A stretch of DNA of 64,000 nt, taken from positions 8,623 to 72,622 of the forward strand of contig JBAQNM010000004.1 of assembly GCA_049303795.1 (NCBI GenBank). The letters are read 5' to 3'. A program made the position numbers and the translations under genes. This document shows, piece after piece, positions 8,330 through 19,773 of this stretch. Source of the DNA: Candidatus Moraniibacteriota bacterium. Lineage in GTDB: Bacteria; Patescibacteriota; Minisyncoccia; Moranbacterales; UBA2206. A model generated the notes under the pieces. That model was not told the origin of the DNA. It saw nothing but the letters and a program-made list of their open reading frames with translations, and searched no databases. Position 1 is the stretch's first letter; each line of letters starts with the position of its first letter.

Positions 8330-8402
8330 TTGCGGGGGCAGGACTCGAACCTGCAACCTTGTGGTTATGAGCCACACGAGCTGCCAATTGCTCCACCCCG
8401 CT
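8330..8402 (-). tRNA. tRNA-fMet (CAT), initiator-like
   Basis: AGCGGGGTGGAGCAATTGGCAGCTCGTGTGGCTCATAACCACA..GGTTCGAGTCC..CCCCGCAA is near-identical in layout to E. coli initiator tRNA. It has A11:U24 and A73, and an unpaired A1xA72. Confidence 0.7.
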
Positions 8403-8422
8403 ATTTTTAATGACTATTTAGC

Positions 8423-8451
8423 ATTCTAGATGAGAAAAACACATTCGTCAA
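8423..8451 (-). promoter_or_regulatory. sigma70-like promoter for the tRNA cluster (TTGACG-17-TAGAAT on minus strand)
   Basis: Reverse complement reads TTGACGaatgtgtttttctcatcTAGAAT, about 20 nt upstream of tRNA-fMet. Confidence 0.45.
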
Positions 8452-8468
8452 TAAACTATCCTAGTTTG

Positions 8469-9005
8469 CTAATCTATCACCTGAAAATACTGCAAAAATT
8501 TTTCAAAATCGGCAATTGTCTTTTGCGCTTCTTCTTTGGTTAATATGAAGCTTTCATCATGAATTATGCGATTACGCACCTCATGTGCCCGCCTCAAATC
8601 TTCAATATTTTCAATTTGCCCAGGAGTAATCCCGTCCAAGCGCTCGCCAAAATTTTCTCCCTTATAGCCCATTCTTGTAATCAAATCATCGATAATATTA
8701 TCACCTTCAATAATTGCCACTTTATATTCAGACTGATTATTGCTTTTGAGTCGCGCCTTCACTTTATTCCATTTTGCTATTAACTTTCCTTTTTTAGTGA
8801 TCATCTCAGGAGGAACATTTATCCCAAGCACTGTATCACGCAAATCACCACCAAAAGGACGTTGCTTAATTAATAAAGCTAAATCAAAAAGTAGCACAAG
8901 AACATAGATAATCAAAAAATATTTTATCAATGCAAAAGTCAGCGAAGAAAGAAATAATTTCTTAACGATAGCTAGCATTGAAAATGCATCTCCTATTCCA
9001 TTCAT
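8469..9005 (-). CDS. Hypothetical membrane protein
   Basis: 178-aa ORF with an N-terminal hydrophobic helix, at the tail of the ligA-gatCA operon. Confidence 0.5.
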   Translation of the reverse strand: MNGIGDAFSMLAIVKKLFLSSLTFALIKYFLIIYVLVLLFDLALLIKQRPFGGDLRDTVLGINVPPEMITKKGKLIAKWNKVKARLKSNNQSEYKVAIIEGDNIIDDLITRMGYKGENFGERLDGITPGQIENIEDLRRAHEVRNRIIHDESFILTKEEAQKTIADFEKFLQYFQVID

Positions 9006-9010
9006 ATTAT

Positions 9011-10465
9011 TTATTTATTTATTTCATAAGCATGCGCAGCGCGCAAAACATTTTCCTCATCAAACCATCTTCCCATAAGCTGAAATCCCAGTGGCAACTT
9101 TTTACCATCAACTTCTACTTCTGGCCCTGGAACAGAAATAGTAGGTATTCCAGCAACATTTGAAATTACAGTGAAGATATCCGCCAAATACATTTCGAGC
9201 GGGTCATCAGTCTTTTCTCCTAATTTAAATGCCGGCGTCGGAGTTGTAGGAGTTAGGATTAAATCCACCTCATTAAAAGCTTTTTCAAAATCATTCTTAA
9301 TAAGCGTTCTTACTTTTTGCGCTTTCAAATAATATGCATCGTAATATCCAGCGGAAAGCGCATAAGTTCCAAGCATTATTCTTCGCTTCACCTCAGCGCC
9401 CAATCCATATTGACGAGAATCCAAATAGGTTTCTAATAATTTTTTAGGCATACTATTGGCCTCCATATGGGAATCTTTTTCATCATTAATAGACATCCCG
9501 TATTTTATACCATCATATTTTGCCAAATTGGAACTGATTTCTGAAAAGTTAATTATGTAATAAACAGGCAAAGAATACTTAGCATATGGAAGTTCAATTT
9601 CTTTTATCTCCGCGCCTAATTCCCTATATTTTTCAATTACCTTTTCGACAGATTCTTTTACGTCTGATCGCAAGGCTTCCAAATATTCTTTCACAATTCC
9701 AATTTTTAGTCCCTTAACTTCTCCGGTTAGAAAACTAATATAATCCTTATCTGAGCTATGCGCAGTAGTCGCATCCATTCTATCCTGACCGGCAATAACA
9801 CTAAGGACTATCGCGGCATCTTCGACCGTTTTCGAAATTACACCGACTTGTTCCAGGCTAGAAGCAGCGGGCAAAACGCCATAGCGTGAAACTCTACCAT
9901 AAGTAGGTTTCAATCCAACCACGCCACAAAAAGCTGCGGGTTGTCTAGTTGAACCACCAGTATCTGTTCCGAGTGTCCACGCTGCCATATCCGCAGCAAT
10001 TGCAGCAGCTGATCCACCGGAAGTTCCGCCAGGAACTCTTTCCAAATCACGCGGATTTCTAGTCGGACCATAGGCACTATTTTCAGTGCTTGATCCCATT
10101 GCAAATTCATCACAATTAGTCTTGCCCAAAAACACAGCGCCTGATTCTTTTAATTTCTTAATAACTGTTGCGTCATATGGCGCGATATAGTTATCAAGAA
10201 TTTTAGATCCTCCTGTAGTTCTTACTCCTTGAATACAGATAAGATCTTTGATTCCGCCCGGAATTCCTTCAAGCATTCCAATTTCTTTACCATTTCTAAT
10301 TTTTTCATCTATCTTTCTTGCCTGCGCCAAAGCCAACTCTTTCGTGATAGTCAAAAAAGCATTAATGTTCTCGTTTTCTTTTTCAATTCGCGCCAAATAC
10401 CCTTCCGTCAATTTTTCCGAAGTAGTCTCTCCATTAATTAATTTTTCGTGTAACTCCTTGAGCAT
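9011..10465 (-). CDS. gatA: Glutamyl-tRNA(Gln) amidotransferase subunit A
   Basis: Amidase signature region GGSSGGSAAAIAA. 484 aa. Confidence 0.95.
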   Translation of the reverse strand: MLKELHEKLINGETTSEKLTEGYLARIEKENENINAFLTITKELALAQARKIDEKIRNGKEIGMLEGIPGGIKDLICIQGVRTTGGSKILDNYIAPYDATVIKKLKESGAVFLGKTNCDEFAMGSSTENSAYGPTRNPRDLERVPGGTSGGSAAAIAADMAAWTLGTDTGGSTRQPAAFCGVVGLKPTYGRVSRYGVLPAASSLEQVGVISKTVEDAAIVLSVIAGQDRMDATTAHSSDKDYISFLTGEVKGLKIGIVKEYLEALRSDVKESVEKVIEKYRELGAEIKEIELPYAKYSLPVYYIINFSEISSNLAKYDGIKYGMSINDEKDSHMEANSMPKKLLETYLDSRQYGLGAEVKRRIMLGTYALSAGYYDAYYLKAQKVRTLIKNDFEKAFNEVDLILTPTTPTPAFKLGEKTDDPLEMYLADIFTVISNVAGIPTISVPGPEVEVDGKKLPLGFQLMGRWFDEENVLRAAHAYEINK

Positions 10466-10486
10466 AGCTATTTTAAAAATTGCAAA

Positions 10487-10768
10487 TTACATAACACTGC
10501 GCACTTTCAGATAATCATTTTTTTCTTCTGGGAAAAGCTTGATCAAATCTTTCTTTTCTTCAAAATTCAAAACATTATCTTCCCTCGAAACATTTATACT
10601 TCCGCTCACTCTGGCAGTGGGAGAAACATCAGTAATATCTACTTCTTCTAATTGTTTGACCCAATCCAAAACAGCTGAAAGATCATGAGAAAATTTTTCC
10701 AAGTCTTTTTCAGTGACGCCAATTCTTGCCAAGCTGGCAATATGCTTTGTTTCTTCAATTGATAACAT
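10487..10768 (-). CDS. gatC: Asp/Glu-tRNA amidotransferase subunit C
   Basis: 93-aa acidic protein immediately upstream of gatA. Confidence 0.85.
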   Translation of the reverse strand: MLSIEETKHIASLARIGVTEKDLEKFSHDLSAVLDWVKQLEEVDITDVSPTARVSGSINVSREDNVLNFEEKKDLIKLFPEEKNDYLKVRSVM

Positions 10769-10773
10769 AGAAT

Positions 10774-12927
<2,154 letters not shown>

Positions 12928-12937
12928 TCAATAACGC

Positions 12938-14710
12938 TTAACAACAATAGCGACTATCCCCACCACTACAACCAGAGGTGCAACTTCCACAAACAGAGCC
13001 AGGACATAACATCAATCCACAAGTTGTAGGACTATAGCAATTACCACAAGTCGGTGTACACTTACCAAAAGTAGAGCAACTATTTTGAATACAACAAGTT
13101 TCAGATGCATTCGGATGATAACCAGCACTACAAATCACCTTGCAACTTTTTGTTAAGGTATAATTGCAATCCGTCGCTCCTTTAGTACATGTTGTTCCGC
13201 TTACATTCCAACCACTCATTCCTGTTGTAAGGGCTCCGCAATATTTTATTGAATCAGTTATTATAGGAGAAGGACAGGGACGAGAACAACAACGAGATTT
13301 TGTTAAGACATTGCCTGGGGTTGGAATCCTTGGTGGTAATGTTGGAGGATAGAGAGGATTTGGTATTTCACCACCATTCATATCAACATCAATATCATGA
13401 GTTAAAGTCCAAACAGAACTGTTAATACCTTGGTCTTTATCAACATCGTTAGGAGGGCAACCTGTGCAATAACCAACTGTACGACGTGGCTTTGTGCAAC
13501 TAGCTCCAGACAAACAATTTACAGCTTTACCAACACCACAAAAACCGACTCCTCCATTGACACCATCACCTGAGTTATTTCCTGAAGGATATTCTTCAAC
13601 CTTACTAATAACAGAGCCTCTATAGTTATCACCATCAAGATATCCGTGATAATTACCTGTGCATGTTTGCAAACAACAAGTCTTTGCAGCATTAGATACC
13701 CATTCTGGACCCATACAAGACAAACAATGAGAACCATTGCAACAATTATGTGTCCCTCCATATGCGCCAGCCCCGTCAACGCTTCCAAAAATACAGCCAA
13801 GTCCAGACAAGGAGCTTCCTCCAGTACAGTCCGCACTGCCCTCTATTTGAATTGCATCATTAGGATCATAATGATAGAGTGAATCCAATTTAAAGGGGGT
13901 GCTGTTTCTTGCTTTGATAGCAAAAAAGTATTTTTCATTATACTGGCCACCAGTTGTTGCAGTTCCAGGCAATTCAGGATCACCACTTTCAATCAAACGA
14001 GTTTGATTTCTAGTGAAAAAAGAATTGACTGGTGCAGTTCTTTGCAATACTCTTATCCAACCATATTCTCCCGCATTAGCTCCATTTTCCAAAGATCCAG
14101 TGTCATTGTTTCCTGATGACATTCTAACTTCATAATTTACCACTCCGCCGGGAACAGTAGCCTGATTATCATTCACCCTAACAAGCATCTCGCATCTATT
14201 CCACGAGCAACTACCACCACCACCGCATTTCGTAACTGTCAAGCTACCATTAGTGAGCATTCCATCGACTCTATCTGAAACCGGGGCATAGACTGATCGA
14301 GTAACACCTTGATCCGTCACATCAGACTGAGAATTGAAAATGGTTGTTACTTTGTCTGTGCCAGCTGGAGCGGTTGTCCCATCACCTTTAAAACATTGGA
14401 CTCCCGAGCAAAAGCTAGTGGCAAGAGTATTTTCAGGAATTTGATTGTCTGCATAACCGGCATCAGTCCCACTGTCCAATTCATTCAATTTACTCAAAAA
14501 ACCTTCCACAGTTTGATCTGACTGTTGGTATGTAGTATAGCCTTTTTTGGAATCAGTAGTGAGTTGAATACCTTGTAAGGTTCGACTTATAATTGCCAGG
14601 GCAATCGCCGAAATCATTAAAAAAACAATCATAACACCAATAAGCAGTGAGCCCTTCCCTCTAATAAATAGTCCTTTTCTGGATTTTTTTTTGTTTATCT
14701 TTTTATTCAT
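12938..14710 (-). CDS. Large cysteine-rich surface protein with a PilX_N-like N-terminal anchor (candidate pilus-tip/adhesin protein)
   Basis: N-terminus KGLFIRGKGSLLIGVMIVFLMISAIALAI resembles PilX/pseudopilin anchors. 590 aa with about 40 Cys concentrated in the C-terminal half. Last gene of the pil operon. Confidence 0.65.
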   Translation of the reverse strand: MNKKINKKKSRKGLFIRGKGSLLIGVMIVFLMISAIALAIISRTLQGIQLTTDSKKGYTTYQQSDQTVEGFLSKLNELDSGTDAGYADNQIPENTLATSFCSGVQCFKGDGTTAPAGTDKVTTIFNSQSDVTDQGVTRSVYAPVSDRVDGMLTNGSLTVTKCGGGGSCSWNRCEMLVRVNDNQATVPGGVVNYEVRMSSGNNDTGSLENGANAGEYGWIRVLQRTAPVNSFFTRNQTRLIESGDPELPGTATTGGQYNEKYFFAIKARNSTPFKLDSLYHYDPNDAIQIEGSADCTGGSSLSGLGCIFGSVDGAGAYGGTHNCCNGSHCLSCMGPEWVSNAAKTCCLQTCTGNYHGYLDGDNYRGSVISKVEEYPSGNNSGDGVNGGVGFCGVGKAVNCLSGASCTKPRRTVGYCTGCPPNDVDKDQGINSSVWTLTHDIDVDMNGGEIPNPLYPPTLPPRIPTPGNVLTKSRCCSRPCPSPIITDSIKYCGALTTGMSGWNVSGTTCTKGATDCNYTLTKSCKVICSAGYHPNASETCCIQNSCSTFGKCTPTCGNCYSPTTCGLMLCPGSVCGSCTSGCSGGDSRYCC

Positions 14711-14735
14711 TTTATAAAAAATTATTTTTTATCTT

Positions 14736-15230
14736 TTATTTATAGCCGCTACGCATAGAGGTGGTTGTTTGAACAGATGTTCTAATTCCACCGCTTGGAT
14801 TGGTTTTTGAAATAACAACTGTAATCAGTGGTATCTGAGCTGCATTTACAACATAAAATTGACCGTTAACGCCACTGGCAATTATCTGTCCATTTCTTTC
14901 CAAATTACCACCAACAAAATTATAAGTAACGTTTACTGCTGCGCCGGAGTTTTCTTTCAAGGCAATACTATTTCTGACGCCATTAGTAGTTGGCGTAAGC
15001 GTATTGCTCATACGAATATCTTTAGAAACATAGTTCAATGCCAAAGAAAGTTCTTCATTATTCGCCTGATATTTCTTAAGACTTAAGCTACCTTTTAAAT
15101 AGGCACCAGAAACTGCCACGCTTGCGAGAATAGTAATGGAAAAAATAGCCATACCAAAAAGCAACTCTACAAGACTTAATCCTCGCCTGTTAGTATGTAA
15201 CCATTTTTTATTTTTTATTATTTGTTTCAT
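14736..15230 (-). CDS. Type IV minor pilin / pseudopilin
   Basis: Prepilin motif RRGLSLVELLFGMAIFSI (G|LSLVE, Glu at +5). Confidence 0.75.
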   Translation of the reverse strand: MKQIIKNKKWLHTNRRGLSLVELLFGMAIFSITILASVAVSGAYLKGSLSLKKYQANNEELSLALNYVSKDIRMSNTLTPTTNGVRNSIALKENSGAAVNVTYNFVGGNLERNGQIIASGVNGQFYVVNAAQIPLITVVISKTNPSGGIRTSVQTTTSMRSGYK

Positions 15231-15242
15231 TTATTTTTTTGA

Positions 15243-15752
15243 TTAATTGGCATTGGCCCAAGCAGATAAAGTATCAGTCACCACAATTGTTGTGTCTGCT
15301 GCTGCTCCAACAGGTCTCCATGTTACAGTACTTGTGATGGTTCGATCATCCCCGGCAACAGCAATTTGAATTCTTCGTGAAAACTTCGTAGCCGTTCCGC
15401 CAGCCGCATAAGAATAAAAACCAGTGGCTGTTACATTAAGTTTTCTTGTACACAAGGCAGTGCCATCGCTTCCTCCTAAATAATCGCGACAATAATTTCC
15501 TGCAGCTGGAAAAGGCAAATCAAAAGCTTTTCGTGGTGCTTTCCAATTATTATCACGAACATTACGCACAAGCTCAACTCCTTCCTGCGCCAGATTGGCA
15601 GCGATCACATAGTCACGCTTACTAAATTCTGCTCGATACATTAAAGCTAAAATATTTATAAAAACTATCAACGCCACGCCTATAATGAAAATAGCAAAAG
15701 CGGCTTCGATCATAATAAATCCTGACTTTTTTTGTTTTTTTGTTTTTCGCAT
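15243..15752 (-). CDS. Type IV minor pilin / pseudopilin
   Basis: Prepilin motif KSGFIMIEAAFAIFIIG. Confidence 0.7.
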   Translation of the reverse strand: MRKTKKQKKSGFIMIEAAFAIFIIGVALIVFINILALMYRAEFSKRDYVIAANLAQEGVELVRNVRDNNWKAPRKAFDLPFPAAGNYCRDYLGGSDGTALCTRKLNVTATGFYSYAAGGTATKFSRRIQIAVAGDDRTITSTVTWRPVGAAADTTIVVTDTLSAWANAN

Positions 15753-15763
15753 TTTTTAAAATA

Positions 15764-16183
15764 TTAATTGCAAACAGCATTATAAGGAGTAACATTTACC
15801 ACTCTGGAATCAGTGCTGGTTGGTGAAGAGCAAGTGATCACTCCGCTTACATTGCCTATACCGCTAGGAGCCGTATATGTGAAAGGACCAGCGCCGGAAC
15901 ATGTAACTACTCCTCGGAATGTATATGATTCAGAAACGCCCCCACTGATAACAACAACCGTTCCTCCGTTTACAGTCACGGTTACTACTTTATATTTACC
16001 TGAAATGGTATAATTTCTAGCTTTGTTGATTATTCCAGCCACCTGAGTGCATGCATTATGAATGTCAGATGCTTTTTTTCCCTTGCCTAGCAAGCCCCAA
16101 GAAGCCGCTGTTATAATCCCAACAATTGCAACGACTGCAAGAATTTCTATAAGACTGAAAGCTTTTATTTTTTTCTTTAACAT
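15764..16183 (-). CDS. Type IV minor pilin (Ala at the -1 cleavage position)
   Basis: KAFSLIEILAVVAIVGII prepilin-like N-terminus. Confidence 0.65.
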   Translation of the reverse strand: MLKKKIKAFSLIEILAVVAIVGIITAASWGLLGKGKKASDIHNACTQVAGIINKARNYTISGKYKVVTVTVNGGTVVVISGGVSESYTFRGVVTCSGAGPFTYTAPSGIGNVSGVITCSSPTSTDSRVVNVTPYNAVCN

Positions 16184-16192
16184 AAAAAATTA

Positions 16193-16984
16193 TTAAAAAA
16201 GAGAAAGATACCAGTTGGCTATTGAATTATAATAAAAAATTGTGACAATCGTTCCCAAGACTAGAAATGGCGCGAAAGGAACCTGACTACTCATTTTTTT
16301 CTGCTTAATTATTATTAAAATTATACCATAAATTGCACCAATAGCAAAAGCTAAAAATAATCCCAAAAGAATTTCCGGCCAACCAAGAATAAGCCCAAGT
16401 AAAATAACCAGATAAACATCACCCATACCCATCCATTTTTCTTTAGAAAAAAAAGACAACAAAAAGAAGAAAATAAATGCCACAAAAGAACCTATTAAGC
16501 CGGAAAAAGTCAGACTATTAAAAATATTGCCATCGAAAGTAGACCATTCCAAATCAATCAAGAGATTACAAAAAACAGCCAAAATAACCGTTATCCAAAG
16601 TATAATACTGGGAATTTCCATATACAAAAAATCATACACCAAAATGACGATCAAAGCCGAAACGACGGTCAAATAATAAAAAGTAATAAACCATGTCTCC
16701 GTATCAGTTAGCACAAAAAACTTCAAACTCAAAAGAGCAAAAACAATTCCGGTTCCCAATTCGACGATTGGATAGATCCAAGAAATTTTTGTTTTGCAAT
16801 CGCGACATTTAAACCGAAGAAGAATGAAACTTATAACCGGAATATTGTCATACCAACGAATTTGTTTTTTGCATTTCGGACAATATGAACGCCCCATCAA
16901 TGTCTCCGCTAGATTAATTCGATAAACAACAACATTGAGAAAACTACCAATAATTAGTCCTAAAATGAAGAAAATTATTAGCAT
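16193..16984 (-). CDS. pilD: Prepilin peptidase (A24 family)
   Basis: N-terminal CPKC...CRDC zinc-binding domain, polytopic membrane protein. Confidence 0.9.
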   Translation of the reverse strand: MLIIFFILGLIIGSFLNVVVYRINLAETLMGRSYCPKCKKQIRWYDNIPVISFILLRFKCRDCKTKISWIYPIVELGTGIVFALLSLKFFVLTDTETWFITFYYLTVVSALIVILVYDFLYMEIPSIILWITVILAVFCNLLIDLEWSTFDGNIFNSLTFSGLIGSFVAFIFFFLLSFFSKEKWMGMGDVYLVILLGLILGWPEILLGLFLAFAIGAIYGIILIIIKQKKMSSQVPFAPFLVLGTIVTIFYYNSIANWYLSLF

Positions 16985-17080
16985 AGATTTGAAATATTTT
17001 TAATTAATTTTAATTTATTTTATTCTAACATAAAAAGAATAAACTAGCAAAAAGACTTGGGCCTATTCATTAATTTTAGC

Positions 17081-17437
17081 TTACTCATTTTTTATGTTTA
17101 AAATCTTTTTTGAATATAAAATTTTAATTTTAAAATACAAAATTTCAAGTACATATATCAGAAAATTAGAAACCAGAAAAATCGTCAGAACTGAAAAAAT
17201 GAAGTTGCTAATCAAAAATTCAGTTTGTGCTGACGCCCTTTCAAGACTGAATTTTTGATAGTATTTTATTGGATCATAATCATTAAAATTTTGTTTAACA
17301 AAACCAAATGGATAGCCAAAATAAACATCTCCATTTTTATTTGACGGATCGGATTTTTGAATAACAGTAACCGAAAAAAGCACAATTATTATGCTAAATA
17401 CGAATACAATAGCTTTTTTTATAAAATAATTATTCAT
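17081..17437 (-). CDS. Hypothetical small membrane protein
   Basis: 118-aa ORF with two hydrophobic helices, embedded in the pil operon. Confidence 0.4.
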   Translation of the reverse strand: MNNYFIKKAIVFVFSIIIVLFSVTVIQKSDPSNKNGDVYFGYPFGFVKQNFNDYDPIKYYQKFSLERASAQTEFLISNFIFSVLTIFLVSNFLIYVLEILYFKIKILYSKKILNIKNE

Positions 17438-17524
17438 GAATTAAGCAAGTTTATGATAACCTTGAAAAAACATAGCCCTCACAAAAAAATATGCAAGGGC
17501 TATGCGGAAAACTAACACAAAAAA

Positions 17525-17920
17525 CTATAAACAGTCAGTTGAGTTATTAAATGCGACAGCACCAACAAACACACCGCTTTCCGTTACATTGACATCACAA
17601 GCGAGCGCTGCTGTAGTAGAGCCAAAAGCTTTAATATTTTGAGCTGTTATTGTAAATGTTCCTCCTGATGCAGCGCATGTATTAGCTCCAAGAGCCATCC
17701 AGTCAACATTTCCGGTATCAGTTGGAAGAACCAAAGCACCAGCATCGCATTGCATGACAAGTCCAGCCACACCACCACTGACTTCACCTATAAAAGCTGA
17801 CCTATTCGCCTTACCTCTTGCCCCACTCAAACTCACCAACACGATTGAAGCAAGAATACCAATAATCGCGATAACGATCAAAAGCTCAATCAAAGTGAAA
17901 CCTTTTTTCATATTATTCAT
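17525..17920 (-). CDS. pilA: Type IV major pilin
   Basis: KKGFTLIELLIVIAIIGILASIV is the canonical class III signal and N-methyl-Phe pilin N-terminus. C-terminal Cys pair. Confidence 0.9.
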   Translation of the reverse strand: MNNMKKGFTLIELLIVIAIIGILASIVLVSLSGARGKANRSAFIGEVSGGVAGLVMQCDAGALVLPTDTGNVDWMALGANTCAASGGTFTITAQNIKAFGSTTAALACDVNVTESGVFVGAVAFNNSTDCL

Positions 17921-17980
17921 TTAATTTCACCCCCCTTCCCTTCTTTTTTTATTTTCATTTTTGTCTTATTTCTAAAATAA

Positions 17981-18403
17981 TTATAAACAATCAGTATCAT
18001 TATTAAACGCTACTCCGCTAATAAAAATTCCACTTTCAGTGACATCAACAGCGCATAATCCTGCTGTTGTTATATTTCCAAAAGCTTTTACATTGTTTGC
18101 TGTTACATTAAATGTCCCAGTCGCTTCAGCGCAAGTACTTGCAGTAACTGCTGTCCAATTAACATTCCCCGTGCTAGTTGGAAGTCCGGTGCCATCCGTG
18201 AGTAGACCACCGTCATCACACAAACTCACAAGTCCAGCCACTGCCCCACCAACCTCTCCCACAAAAGCCGATCTATTCGCTTTGCCTCTGGCTCCACTCA
18301 AACTCACCAACACGATAGAAGCAAGGATACCGATAATCGCGATAACGATTAAAAGTTCAATAAGCGTAAAACCTTTTTTATTGTTTGTTTTTTTTATTTT
18401 CAT
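17981..18403 (-). CDS. pilA: Type IV major pilin, tandem paralog
   Basis: KKGFTLIELLIVIAIIGILASIVLVSLSGARGKANRSAF is identical to the neighbour over the N-terminal ~40 aa and conserved at the C-terminus (...NNDTDCL). Confidence 0.9.
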   Translation of the reverse strand: MKIKKTNNKKGFTLIELLIVIAIIGILASIVLVSLSGARGKANRSAFVGEVGGAVAGLVSLCDDGGLLTDGTGLPTSTGNVNWTAVTASTCAEATGTFNVTANNVKAFGNITTAGLCAVDVTESGIFISGVAFNNDTDCL

Positions 18404-18509
18404 TTTTTCACCTAACTTTCTAGTTTTATTCGCATCTACTACAAAATATCTGCGAAATTTTAATATTTATTTTTATATCAAACTGCTGATAATCTCAAAG
18501 AATAATTTT

Positions 18510-19733
18510 CTACTGAATTTGCCCGGCAATATTATAAATTGGCATTAGAACTCCAACCGCCAAAAAGCCCACACCGATTCCGAGCATAATCATCATTAAG
18601 GGTTCAATCAGTGTTGTCATGTTCTTGGCCATCAAATCAACTTCCTGAGAATAAAATTTATCAATATGTCCCAAGACTGCGTCGACTTGACCTGAATCTT
18701 CTCCAATTTTGATCATATGCGAAACCATTGGAGGCATTAGTTCGCTTTTCTTCAAGCTATCACTCATATTTCCGCCCATCTTAACATTTTCCGCAGTCCT
18801 TAATAATAACTCTTCATATTGAGAATTTCCCACAACGCTGCTGACAATTTTTAGTGCTTTTATGATGGGAATTCCACCAACCAAAAGCACTGCCAGATTT
18901 TCGGCAAATCGAGTAATATAAACGTAGCGAAACATCACTCCAACTATAGGCAAATTTAATTTTGCTTCATCCCATTCTTTCTTTCCCTCTGGGGTGCTGA
19001 GATAATACCAAATTCCACCAATGGCTCCAAAAATAAGTAGAATTGCAGCCCACCAATATTTAGTCATAAAATCCCCCATTAGCATCAATACTGTTGTATA
19101 CCAAGGTACAGTTGCATTCATATCTCTTATCATAACCGACAATTTTGGAATAATTAAAGTAATAACTAAAAATCCTATCACAATAAAAACGACCACGACG
19201 ATACAGGGATAAATTAAGGCTGATTTAATTTTACTAGTCAATGTATAATTTTTTTCAATATTATCCGCCACATATTCGACCGACTTTCTCAAATTTCCGG
19301 AGGATTCGCCAGATCTGATCACACTAATAGAAAGCTCAGAAAAAACCTCCTTATCCTTAGCTAGTGCATCAGAAAGCGTCATCCCGTCCTCAATATCTCT
19401 GATTGCATCAGCTAAAATCCGCTTGAAATATAAATTACTAGTTTGTTCACTGACTGCTACAAGCGCTGTAACAATTGGCACACGGGCTTCGATAAGAATT
19501 GCCAGTTGTCGGAAGAAAATCACCAATTCTTTTTCAGTAACTCGATCAAAATATTTTAGAAAAACCGTTTTTATTGAGCTTTCATTTGCCTCCGTAATAT
19601 GAATCGGAAAAAGATCATTTTTTTGCAAGATCGCCGCAACCATTTCTCTGCTTACAGCATTCATTGAACTCTCTTTGATTTCACCGGTTTTTGTTTTTGC
19701 TTTAAAATTAAATTTCATATTTTTTTCTAACAA
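18510..19733 (-). CDS. pilC: Type IV pilus platform protein (GspF family)
   Basis: 407 aa with two GspF-like repeats and three TM segments. Confidence 0.9.
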   Translation of the reverse strand: MLEKNMKFNFKAKTKTGEIKESSMNAVSREMVAAILQKNDLFPIHITEANESSIKTVFLKYFDRVTEKELVIFFRQLAILIEARVPIVTALVAVSEQTSNLYFKRILADAIRDIEDGMTLSDALAKDKEVFSELSISVIRSGESSGNLRKSVEYVADNIEKNYTLTSKIKSALIYPCIVVVVFIVIGFLVITLIIPKLSVMIRDMNATVPWYTTVLMLMGDFMTKYWWAAILLIFGAIGGIWYYLSTPEGKKEWDEAKLNLPIVGVMFRYVYITRFAENLAVLLVGGIPIIKALKIVSSVVGNSQYEELLLRTAENVKMGGNMSDSLKKSELMPPMVSHMIKIGEDSGQVDAVLGHIDKFYSQEVDLMAKNMTTLIEPLMMIMLGIGVGFLAVGVLMPIYNIAGQIQ

Positions 19734-19773
19734 ACTTTTTTATTATTTTTAGTCTAACACACTTTTTGAAAAA

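Noticed and set aside
13164-13882. Short ORFs on both strands (62-105 aa) inside the Cys-rich gene
   Set aside because: Embedded in a well-supported 590-aa frame; alternative-frame artifacts.
18039-18548. 169-aa plus-strand ORF rich in Pro/Ala/Thr
   Set aside because: Lies antisense across the pilA paralog and the pilC 3' end; its composition is a mirror-frame artifact of the pilin gene, with no start context.
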